DNA of 13,917 nt. It comes from Azolla caroliniana. Taxonomy: Eukaryota > Plantae > Polypodiophyta. Of this stretch, positions 1-11,349 are shown piece by piece. The stretch spans positions 1 to 13,917 of the forward strand of contig JBHGNT010000916.1 in the NCBI GenBank assembly GCA_043228905.1, written 5' to 3'. Made by a program: the position numbers and the translations under genes. The notes beneath the pieces were generated by a model, which worked only from the letters and a program-made list of their open reading frames with translations, was not told where the DNA came from and ran no database searches. Within the stretch, counting starts at the first letter, position 1; each line of letters opens with the position of its first letter.

Positions 1-178
1 TCGAGAGACATGACCAAATTACCAAATTTGAGGAGTGAGTTGAGAGGAGCCCTTGAGTAAATTAAAATGTTCATACCTGGCTCGTGTGATATCGGATTTT
101 TGTGTTCAAACATGCGAATCGAAGCTAACAATGCTAGCTATGATATTGAATTAAAAAATCAAGAGTTTGAAACTCACG
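1..178 (+). repeat. Representative monomer, subtype B (head GACCAAATTACCAAATTTGAGGAGTGAG)
   Basis: 66/178 G+C by manual count. Contains TCGA at 1 and 119, GATATC at 88-93 and GCTAGC at 133-138. Copies that look identical by eye start at 2632, 6368, 7436 and 11172. Confidence 0.95.
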
Positions 179-356
179 TCGAGAGACATGACGAAATTAG
201 CAACCTTGACGTGGGAGTTGAGAGGAGCCCTTGAGTAAATTAAAATGTTCATACCTGGCTCGTGTGATATCAGATTTTTGTGTTCAAACATGCGAATCGA
301 AGCTAACAACGCTAGTTATGATATGGAATTAAAAAATCAAAATTTTGACACTCAGG
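179..356 (+). repeat. Representative monomer, subtype A (head GACGAAATTAGCA(A/T)CCTTGACG(A/T)GGGAG)
   Basis: Same length as subtype B, with clustered substitutions at about monomer positions 15-36. This is the more common subtype in the window. Confidence 0.93.
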
Positions 357-1424
357 TCGAGAGACATGACCAAATTACCAAATTTGAGGAGTGAGTTGAG
401 AGGAGCCCTTGAGTAAATTAAAATGTTCATACCTGGCTCGTGTGATATCGGATTTCTGTGTTCAAACATGCGAATCGAAGCTAACAACGCTAGCTATGAT
501 ATGGAATTAAAAAATCAAGATTTTGAAACTCACGTCGAGAGACATGACGGAATTAGCAACCTTGACGATGGAGTTGAGAGGAGCCCTTGAGTAAATTAAA
601 ATGTTCATAACTGGCAAGTGTGATATCGGATTTTTGTGTTCAAACATGTGAATCGAAGCTAACAACGCTAGCTATGATATGGAATTAAAAAATCAAGATT
701 TTAACACTCACGTCGAGAGACATGACGAAATTAGCAACCTTGACGAGGGAGTTGAGAGGAGCCCTTGAGTAAATTAAAATGTTCATACCTGGCTCGTGTG
801 ATATCGGATTATTGTGTTCAAACATGCGAATCGAAGCTAACAATGCTATCTATGATATGGAATTAAAAAATCAAGATTTTGAAACTCAGGTCGAGAGACA
901 TGACGAAATTAGCATCCTTGACGAGGGAGTTGAGAGGAGCCCTTCAGTAAATTAAAATGTTCATACCTGGCGAGTGTAATATCGGATTTTTGTGTTCAAA
1001 CATGCGAATCGAAGGTAACAACGCTAGCTATGATATGGAATTAAAAAATAAAGATTTTGAAACTCAGGTCGAGAGACATGACGAAATTAGCATCCTTGAC
1101 GAGGGAGTTGAGAGGAACCCTTGAGTAAATTAAAATGTTCATACCTGGCGAGTGTAATATCGGATTTTTGTGTTCAGACATGCGAATCGAAGCTAACAAC
1201 GCTAGTTATGATATGGAATTAAAAAATCAAAATTTTGACACTCAGGTCGAGAGACATGACCAAATTACCAAAATTGAGGAGTGAGTTGAGAGGAGCCCTT
1301 GAGTAAATTAAAATGTTCATACCTGGCTCGTGTGATATCGGATTTTTGTGTTCAAACATGCGTATCGAAGCTAACAATGCTAGCTATGATATTGAATTAA
1401 AAAATCAAGAGTTTGAAACTCACG

Positions 1425-1563
1425 TTGAGAGGAGCCCTTGAGTAAATTAAAATGTTCATACCTGGCGAGTGTAATATCGGATTTTTGTGTTCAAACATGC
1501 GAATCGAAGCTAACAACGCTAGTTATGATATGGAATTAAAAAATCAAGATTTTGAAACTCAGG
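1425..1563 (+). repeat. Truncated 139-bp monomer (first 39 bp deleted)
   Basis: AACTCACG (ending at 1424) joins directly to TTGAGAGGAGCCC. The next full monomer starts at 1564. Confidence 0.93.
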
Positions 1564-1741
1564 TCGAGAGACATGACGAAATTACCAAATTTGAGGAGTG
1601 AGTTTAGAACAGCTAGTAGGTAAATTAAAATGTTCATACCTGGCTCGTGTGATATCGGATTTTTGTGTTCAAACATGCGAATCGAAGCTAACAATGCTAG
1701 CTATGATATTGAATTAAAAAATCAAGAGTTTGAAACTCAGG

Positions 1742-4700
1742 TCGAGAGACATGACGAAATTAGCATCCTTGACGTGGGAGTTGAGAGGAGCCCTTGAGTA
1801 AATTAAAATGTTCATACCAGGCGAGTGTAATATCGGATTTTTGTGTTCAAACATGCGAATCGAAGCTAACAACGCTAGTTATGATATGGAATTAAAAAAT
1901 CAAAATTTTGACACTCAGGTCGAGAGACATGACCAAATTACCAAATTTGAGGAGTGAGTTGAGAGGAGCCCTTGAGTAAATTAAAATGTTCATACCTGGC
2001 TCGTGTGATATCGGATTTTTGTGTTCAAACATGTGAATCGAAGCTAACAACGCTAGCTATGATATGGAATTAAAAAATCAAGATTTTGAAACTCACGTCG
2101 AGAGACATGACGGAATTAGCAACCTTGACGAGGGAGTTGAGAGGAGCCCTTGAGTAAATTAAAATGTTCATAACTGGCGAGTGTGATATCGGATTTTTCT
2201 GTCCAAACATGTGAATCGAAGCTAACAACCCTAGCTATGATATGGAATTAAAAAATCAAGATTTTGAAACTCAGGTCGAGAGACATGACGAAATTAGCAA
2301 ATTTCAGGAGGGAGTTTAGAACAGCTAGTAGGTAAATTAAACTGTTCATACCTGGCGCGTGTGATATCGGATTGTTGTGTTCAAACATGCGAATCGAAGG
2401 TAACAACGCTAGCTATGATATGGAATTAAAAAATAAAGATTTTGAAACTCAGGTCGAGAGACATGACGAAATTAGCATCCTTGACGAGGGAGTTGAGAGG
2501 AGCCCTTGAGTAAATTAAAATGTTCATACCTAGGGAGTGTAATATCGGATTTTTGTGTTCAAACATGCGAATCGAAGATAACAACGCTAGTTATGATATG
2601 GAATTAAAAAATCAAAATTTTGACACTCAGGTCGAGAGACATGACCAAATTACCAAATTTGAGGAGTGAGTTGAGAGGAGCCCTTGAGTAAATTAAAATG
2701 TTCATACCTGGCTCGTGTGATATCGGATTTTTGTGTTCAAACATGCGAATCGAAGCTAACAATGCTAGCTATGATATTGAATTAAAAAATCAAGAGTTTG
2801 AAACTCACGTCGAGAGACATGACGAAATTAGCAACCTTGACGTGGGAGTTGAGAGGAGCCCTTGAGTAAATTAAAATGTTCATACCTGGCTCGTGTGATA
2901 TCAGATTTTTGTGTTCAAACATGCGAATCGAAGCTAACAACGCTAGTTATGATATGGAATTAAAAAATCAAAATTTTGACACTCAGGTCGAGAGACATGA
3001 CCAAATTACCAAATTTGAGGAGTGAGTTGAGAGGAGCCCTTGAGTAAATTAAAATGTTCATACCTGGCTCGTGTGATATCGGATTTCTGTGTTCAAACAT
3101 GCGAATCGAAGCTAACAACGCTAGCTATGATATGGAATTAAAAAATCAAGATTTTGAAACTCACGTCGAGAGACATGACGGAATTAGCAACCTTGACGAT
3201 GGAGTTGAGAGGAGCCCTTGAGTAAATTAAAATGTTCATAACTGGCAAGTGTGATATCGGATTTTTGTGTTCAAACATGTGAATCGAAGCTAACAACGCT
3301 AGCTATGATATGGAATTAAAAAATCAAGATTTTAACACTCACGTCGAGAGACATGACGAAATTAGCAACCTTGACGAGGGAGTTGAGAGGAGCCCTTGAG
3401 TAAATTAAAATGTTCATACCTGGCTCGTGTGATATCGGATTATTGTGTTCAAACATGCGAATCGAAGCTAACAATGCTATCTATGATATGGAATTAAAAA
3501 ATAAAGATTTTGAAACTCAGGTCGAGAGACATGACGAAATTAGCATCCTTGACGAGGGAGTTGAGAGGAGCCCTTCAGTAAATTAAAATGTTCATACCTG
3601 GCGAGTGTAATATCGGATTTTTGTGTTCAAACATGCGAATCGAAGCTAACAACGCTAGCTATGATATGGAATTAAAAAATCAAGATTTTAACACTCACGT
3701 CGAGAGACATGACGAAATTAGCAACCTTGACGAGGGAGTTGAGAGGAGCCCTTGAGTAAATTAAAATGTTCATAACTGGGAGTGTGATATCGGATTTTTG
3801 TGTTCACATATGCGAATCGAAGGTAACAACGCTAGCTATGATATTGAATTAAAAAATCAAGAGTTTGAAACTCACGTCGAGAGACATGACGAAATTAGCA
3901 TCCTTGACGAGGGAGTTGAGAGGAGCCCTTGAGTAAATTAAAATGTTCATACATGGCTCGTGTGATATCGGATTTTTGTGTTCAAACATGCGAATCGAAG
4001 CTAACAACGCTAGCTATGATATGGAATTAAAAAATAAAGATTTTGAAACTCAGGTCGAGAGACATGACGAAATTAGCATCCTTGACGAGGGAGTTGAGAG
4101 GAGCCCTTGAGTAAATTAAAATGTTCATACCTGGCGAGTGTAATATCGGATTTTTGTGTTCAAACATGCGAATCGAAGCTAACAACGCTAGCTATGATAT
4201 GGAATTAAAAAATCAAGATTTTAACACTCACGTCGAGAGACATGACGAAATTAGCAACCTTGACGAGGGAGTTGAGAGGAGCCCTTGAGTAAATTAAAAT
4301 GTTCATAACTGGGAGTGTGATATCGGATTTTTGTGTTCACATATGCGAATCGAAGGTAACAACGCTAGCTATTATATTGAATTAAAAAATAAAGATTTTG
4401 AAACTCACGTCGAGAGACATGACGAAATTAGCAACCTTGACGAGGGAGTTGAGAGGAGCCCTTGAGTAAATTAAAATGTTCATACCTGGCTCGTGTGATA
4501 TCGGATTATTGTGTTCAAACATGCGAATCGAAGCTAACAATGCTAGCTATGATATGGAATTAAAAAATCAAGATTTTGAAACTGAGGTCGAGAGACATGA
4601 CGAAATTAGCATCCTTGACGAGGGAGTTGAGAGGAGCCCTTGAGTAAATTAAAATGTTCATACCTGGCGAGTGTAATATCGGATTTTTGTGTTCAAACAT

Positions 4701-6545
4701 GCGAATCGAAGCTAACAACGCTAGTTATGATATGGAATTAAAAAATCAAAATTTTGACACTCAGGTCGAGAGACATGACCAAATTACCAAATTTGAGGAG
4801 TGAGTTGAGAGAAGCCCTTGAGTAAATTAAAATGTTCATACCTGGCTCGTGTGATATCGGATTTTTGTGTTCAAACATGCGAATCGAAGCTAACAATGCT
4901 AGCTATGATATTGAATTAAAAAATCAAGAGTTTGATACTCAGGTCGAGAGACATGACGGAATTAGCAACCTTGACGTGGGAGTTGAGAGGAGCCCTTGAG
5001 TAAATTAAAATGTTCATACCTGGCTCGTGTGATATCGGATTTTTGTGTTCAAACATGCGAATCGAAGCTAACAACGCTAGTTATGATATGGAATTAAAAA
5101 ATCAAAATTTTGACACTCAGGTCGAGAGACATGACCAAATTACCAAATTTGAGGAGTGTGTTGAGAGGAGCCCTTGAGTAAATTAAAATGTTCATACCTG
5201 GCTCGTGTAATATCGGATTTTTGTGTTCAAACATGCGAATCGAAGCTAACAACGCTAGCTATGATATGGAATTAAAACATCAACATTTTGAAACTCACGT
5301 CGAGAGACATGACGAAATTAGCAACCTTGACGTGGGAGTTGAGAGGAGCCCTTGAGTAAATTAAAATGTTCATACCTGGCTCGTGTGATATCGGATTTTT
5401 GTGTTCAAACATGCGAATCGAAGCTAACAACGCTAGTTATGATATGGAATTAAAAAATCAAAATTTTGACACTCAGGTCGAGAGACATGACCAAATTACC
5501 AAATTTGAGGAGTGAGTTGAGAGGAGCCCTTGAGTAAATTAAAATGTTCATACCTGGCTCGTGTGATATCGGATTTTTGTGTTCAAACATGCGAATCGAA
5601 GCTAACAACGCTAGCTATGATATGGAATTAAGAAATAAAGATTTTGAAACTCAGGTCGAGAGACATGACGAAATTAGCATCCTTGACGTGGGAGTTGAGA
5701 GGAGCCCTTGAGTAAATTAAAATGTTCATACCTGGCGAGTGTAATATCGGATTTTTGTGTTCAAACATGCGAATCGAAGCTAACAACGCTAGTTATGATA
5801 TGGAATTAAAAAATCAAAATTTTGACACTCAGGTCGAGAGACATGACCAAATTACCAAATTTGAGGAGTGAGTTGAGAGGAGCCCTTGAGTAAATTAAAA
5901 TGTTCATACCTGGCTCGTGTGATATCGGATTTTTGTGTTCAAACATGCGAATCGAAGCTAACAACGCTAGTTATGATATGGAATTAAAAAATCAAAATTT
6001 TGACACTCAGGTCGAGAGACATGACCAAATTACCAAATTTGAGGAGTGAGTTGAGAGGAGCCCTTGAGTAAATTAAAATGTTCATACATGGCTCGTGTGA
6101 TATCGGATTTTTGTGTTCAAACATGCGAATCGAAGCTAACAACGCTAGTTATGATATGGAATTAAAAAATCAAAATTTTGACACTCAGGTCGAGAGACAT
6201 GACCAAATTACCAAATTTGAGGAGTGAGTTGAGAGGAGCCCTTGAGTAAATTAAAATGTTCATACCTGGCTCGTGTGATATCGGCTTTTTGTGTTCAAAC
6301 ATGCGAATCGAAGCTAACAACGCTAGTTATGATATGGAATTAAAAAATCAAAATTTTGACACTCAGGTCGAGAGACATGACCAAATTACCAAATTTGAGG
6401 AGTGAGTTGAGAGGAGCCCTTGAGTAAATTAAAATGTTCATACCTGGCTCGTGTGATATCGGATTTTTGTGTTCAAACATGCGAATCGAAGCTAACAATG
6501 CTAGCTATGATATTGAATTAAAAAATCAAGAGTTTGAAACTCACG
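1742..6545 (+). repeat. Higher-order repeat copy 1 (27 monomers, 4,804 bp)
   Basis: Rare variants recur in the same order 4,804 bp downstream: ATACCAGG, TTTCTGTCCAAA, CCTAGGGAG, CACATATG, AACTGAGG, GAGAAGCCC, GAGTGTGTTG, TAAGAAATAAAG and TCGGCTTTT. The offset equals 27x178 minus two 1-bp deletions. Confidence 0.93.
3700..3876 (+). repeat. 177-bp monomer variant (ATAACTGGGAGTG, TTCACATATGCG, AAGGTAAC)
   Basis: A 1-bp deletion plus linked substitutions. The same type occurs at 4233-4409, 8504-8680, 9037-9213 and 11884-12060, so it is real rather than a sequencing error. Confidence 0.9.
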
Positions 6546-9500
6546 TCGAGAGACATGACGAAATTAGCATCCTTGACGTGGGAGTTGAGAGGAGCCCTTG
6601 AGTAAATTAAAATGTTCATACCAGGCGAGTGTAATATCGGATTTTTGTGTTCAAACATGCGAATCGAAGCTAACAACGCTAGTTATGATATGGAATTAAA
6701 AAATCAAAATTTTGACACTCAGGTCGAGAGACATGACCAAATTACCAAATTTGAGGAGTGAGTTGAGAGGAGCCCTTGAGTAAATTAAAATGTTCATACC
6801 TGGCTCGTGTGATATCGGATTTTTGTGTTCAAACATGTGAATCGAAGCTAACAACGCTAGCTATGATATGGAATTAAAAAATCAAGATTTTGAAACTCAC
6901 GTCGAGAGACATGACGGAATTAGCAACCTTGACGAGGGAGTTGAGAGGAGCCCTTGAGTAAATTAAAATGTTCATAACTGGCGAGTGTGATATCGGATTT
7001 TTCTGTCCAAACATGTGAATCGAAGCTAACAACCCTAGCTATGATATGGAATTAAAAAATCAAGATTTTGAAACTCAGGTCGAGAGACATGACGAAATTA
7101 GCAAATTTCAGGAGGGAGTTTAGAACAGCTAGTAGGTAAATTAAACTGTTCATACCTGGCGCGTGTGATATCGGATTGTTGTGTTCAAACATGCGAATCG
7201 AAGGTAACAACGCTAGCTATGATATGGAATTAAAAAATAAAGATTTTGAAACTCAGGTCGAGAGACATGACGAAATTAGCATCCTTGACGAGGGAGTTGA
7301 GAGGAGCCCTTGAGTAAATTAAAATGTTCATACCTAGGGAGTGTAATATCGGATTTTTGTGTTCAAACATGCGAATCGAAGATAACAACGCTAGTTATGA
7401 TATGGAATTAAAAAATCAAAATTTTGACACTCAGGTCGAGAGACATGACCAAATTACCAAATTTGAGGAGTGAGTTGAGAGGAGCCCTTGAGTAAATTAA
7501 AATGTTCATACCTGGCTCGTGTGATATCGGATTTTTGTGTTCAAACATGCGAATCGAAGCTAACAATGCTAGCTATGATATTGAATTAAAAAATCAAGAG
7601 TTTGAAACTCACGTCGAGAGACATGACGAAATTAGCAACCTTGACGTGGGAGTTGAGAGGAGCCCTTGAGTAAATTAAAATGTTCATACCTGGCTCGTGT
7701 GATATCAGATTTTTGTGTTCAAACATGCGAATCGAAGCTAACAACGCTAGTTATGATATGGAATTAAAAAATCAAAATTTTGACACTCAGGTCGAGAGAC
7801 ATGACCAAATTACCAAATTTGAGGAGTGAGTTGAGAGGAGCCCTTGAGTAAATTAAAATGTTCATACCTGGCTCGTGTGATATCGGATTTCTGTGTTCAA
7901 ACATGCGAATCGAAGCTAACAACGCTAGCTATGATATGGAATTAAAAAATCAAGATTTTGAAACTCACGTCGAGAGACATGACGGAATTAGCAACCTTGA
8001 CGATGGAGTTGAGAGGAGCCCTTGAGTAAATTAAAATGTTCATAACTGGCAAGTGTGATATCGGATTTTTGTGTTCAAACATGTGAATCGAAGCTAACAA
8101 CGCTAGCTATGATATGGAATTAAAAAATCAAGATTTTAACACTCACGTCGAGAGACATGACGAAATTAGCAACCTTGACGAGGGAGTTGAGAGGAGCCCT
8201 TGAGTAAATTAAAATGTTCATACCTGGCTCGTGTGATATCGGATTATTGTGTTCAAACATGCGAATCGAAGCTAACAATGCTATCTATGATATGGAATTA
8301 AAAAATCAAGATTTTGAAACTCAGGTCGAGAGACATGACGAAATTAGCATCCTTGACGAGGGAGTTGAGAGGAGCCCTTCAGTAAATTAAAATGTTCATA
8401 CCTGGCGAGTGTAATATCGGATTTTTGTGTTCAAACATGCGAATCGAAGCTAACAACGCTAGCTATGATATGGAATTAAAAAATCAAGATTTTAACACTC
8501 ACGTCGAGAGACATGACGAAATTAGCAACCTTGACGAGGGAGTTGAGAGGAGCCCTTGAGTAAATTAAAATGTTCATAACTGGGAGTGTGATATCGGATT
8601 TTTGTGTTCACATATGCGAATCGAAGGTAACAACGCTAGCTATGATATTGAATTAAAAAATCAAGAGTTTGAAACTCACGTCGAGAGACATGACGAAATT
8701 AGCATCCTTGACGAGGGAGTTGAGAGGAGCCCTTGAGTAAATTAAAATGTTCATACATGGCTCGTGTGATATCGGATTTTTGTGTTCAAACATGCGAATC
8801 GAAGCTAACAACGCTAGCTATGATATGGAATTAAAAAATAAAGATTTTGAAACTCAGGTCGAGAGACATGACGAAATTAGCATCCTTGACGAGGGAGTTG
8901 AGAGGAGCCCTTGAGTAAATTAAAATGTTCATACCTGGCGAGTGTAATATCGGATTTTTGTGTTCAAACATGCGAATCGAAGCTAACAACGCTAGCTATG
9001 ATATGGAATTAAAAAATCAAGATTTTAACACTCACGTCGAGAGACATGACGAAATTAGCAACCTTGACGAGGGAGTTGAGAGGAGCCCTTGAGTAAATTA
9101 AAATGTTCATAACTGGGAGTGTGATATCGGATTTTTGTGTTCACATATGCGAATCGAAGGTAACAACGCTAGCTATTATATTGAATTAAAAAATAAAGAT
9201 TTTGAAACTCACGTCGAGAGACATGACGAAATTAGCAACCTTGACGAGGGAGTTGAGAGGAGCCCTTGAGTAAATTAAAATGTTCATACCTGGCTCGTGT
9301 GATATCGGATTATTGTGTTCAAACATGCGAATCGAAGCTAACAATGCTAGCTATGATATGGAATTAAAAAATCAAGATTTTGAAACTGAGGTCGAGAGAC
9401 ATGACGAAATTAGCATCCTTGACGAGGGAGTTGAGAGGAGCCCTTGAGTAAATTAAAATGTTCATACCTGGCGAGTGTAATATCGGATTTTTGTGTTCAA

Positions 9501-11349
9501 ACATGCGAATCGAAGCTAACAACGCTAGTTATGATATGGAATTAAAAAATCAAAATTTTGACACTCAGGTCGAGAGACATGACCAAATTACCAAATTTGA
9601 GGAGTGAGTTGAGAGAAGCCCTTGAGTAAATTAAAATGTTCATACCTGGCTCGTGTGATATCGGATTTTTGTGTTCAAACATGCGAATCGAAGCTAACAA
9701 TGCTAGCTATGATATTGAATTAAAAAATCAAGAGTTTGATACTCAGGTCGAGAGACATGACGGAATTAGCAACCTTGACGTGGGAGTTGAGAGGAGCCCT
9801 TGAGTAAATTAAAATGTTCATACCTGGCTCGTGTGATATCGGATTTTTGTGTTCAAACATGCGAATCGAAGCTAACAACGCTAGTTATGATATGGAATTA
9901 AAAAATCAAAATTTTGACACTCAGGTCGAGAGACATGACCAAATTACCAAATTTGAGGAGTGTGTTGAGAGGAGCCCTTGAGTAAATTAAAATGTTCATA
10001 CCTGGCTCGTGTAATATCGGATTTTTGTGTTCAAACATGCGAATCGAAGCTAACAACGCTAGCTATGATATGGAATTAAAACATCAACATTTTGAAACTC
10101 ACGTCGAGAGACATGACGAAATTAGCAACCTTGACGTGGGAGTTGAGAGGAGCCCTTGAGTAAATTAAAATGTTCATACCTGGCTCGTGTGATATCGGAT
10201 TTTTGTGTTCAAACATGCGAATCGAAGCTAACAACGCTAGTTATGATATGGAATTAAAAAATCAAAATTTTGACACTCAGGTCGAGAGACATGACCAAAT
10301 TACCAAATTTGAGGAGTGAGTTGAGAGGAGCCCTTGAGTAAATTAAAATGTTCATACCTGGCTCGTGTGATATCGGATTTTTGTGTTCAAACATGCGAAT
10401 CGAAGCTAACAACGCTAGCTATGATATGGAATTAAGAAATAAAGATTTTGAAACTCAGGTCGAGAGACATGACGAAATTAGCATCCTTGACGTGGGAGTT
10501 GAGAGGAGCCCTTGAGTAAATTAAAATGTTCATACCTGGCGAGTGTAATATCGGATTTTTGTGTTCAAACATGCGAATCGAAGCTAACAACGCTAGTTAT
10601 GATATGGAATTAAAAAATCAAAATTTTGACACTCAGGTCGAGAGACATGACCAAATTACCAAATTTGAGGAGTGAGTTGAGAGGAGCCCTTGAGTAAATT
10701 AAAATGTTCATACCTGGCTCGTGTGATATCGGATTTTTGTGTTCAAACATGCGAATCGAAGCTAACAACGCTAGTTATGATATGGAATTAAAAAATCAAA
10801 ATTTTGACACTCAGGTCGAGAGACATGACCAAATTACCAAATTTGAGGAGTGAGTTGAGAGGAGCCCTTGAGTAAATTAAAATGTTCATACATGGCTCGT
10901 GTGATATCGGATTTTTGTGTTCAAACATGCGAATCGAAGCTAACAACGCTAGTTATGATATGGAATTAAAAAATCAAAATTTTGACACTCAGGTCGAGAG
11001 ACATGACCAAATTACCAAATTTGAGGAGTGAGTTGAGAGGAGCCCTTGAGTAAATTAAAATGTTCATACCTGGCTCGTGTGATATCGGCTTTTTGTGTTC
11101 AAACATGCGAATCGAAGCTAACAACGCTAGTTATGATATGGAATTAAAAAATCAAAATTTTGACACTCAGGTCGAGAGACATGACCAAATTACCAAATTT
11201 GAGGAGTGAGTTGAGAGGAGCCCTTGAGTAAATTAAAATGTTCATACCTGGCTCGTGTGATATCGGATTTTTGTGTTCAAACATGCGAATCGAAGCTAAC
11301 AATGCTAGCTATGATATTGAATTAAAAAATCAAGAGTTTGAAACTCACG
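6546..11349 (+). repeat. Higher-order repeat copy 2 (27 monomers, 4,804 bp)
   Basis: Collinear with 1742-6545. By eye I found one difference (A3503 vs C8307). Confidence 0.93.

Noticed and set aside
30-50. G-quadruplex or Shine-Dalgarno-like GAGGAG purine tract
   Set aside because: G runs are too short and too few for a canonical G4, and there is no downstream ORF. The tract is simply part of the monomer.
1-178. Identity with Arabidopsis thaliana CEN178/CEN180
   Set aside because: Only the length matches. The characteristic HindIII AAGCTT site is absent (AAGCTA here) and I recognise no sequence similarity. BLAST would be needed to exclude remote homology.
1-178. Alpha satellite or CENP-B box
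   Set aside because: The period is not 171 bp, and I found no TTCG....A..CGGG motif on either strand.
1-356. 5S rDNA, tRNA or spliced-leader tandem gene array
   Set aside because: No recognisable 5S sequence, cloverleaf, Pol III A/B/C boxes, or conserved gene versus variable spacer partition.
1605-1619. Transposon footprint or insertion at the divergent patch
   Set aside because: The patch is length-neutral, with no target-site duplication or terminal repeats.
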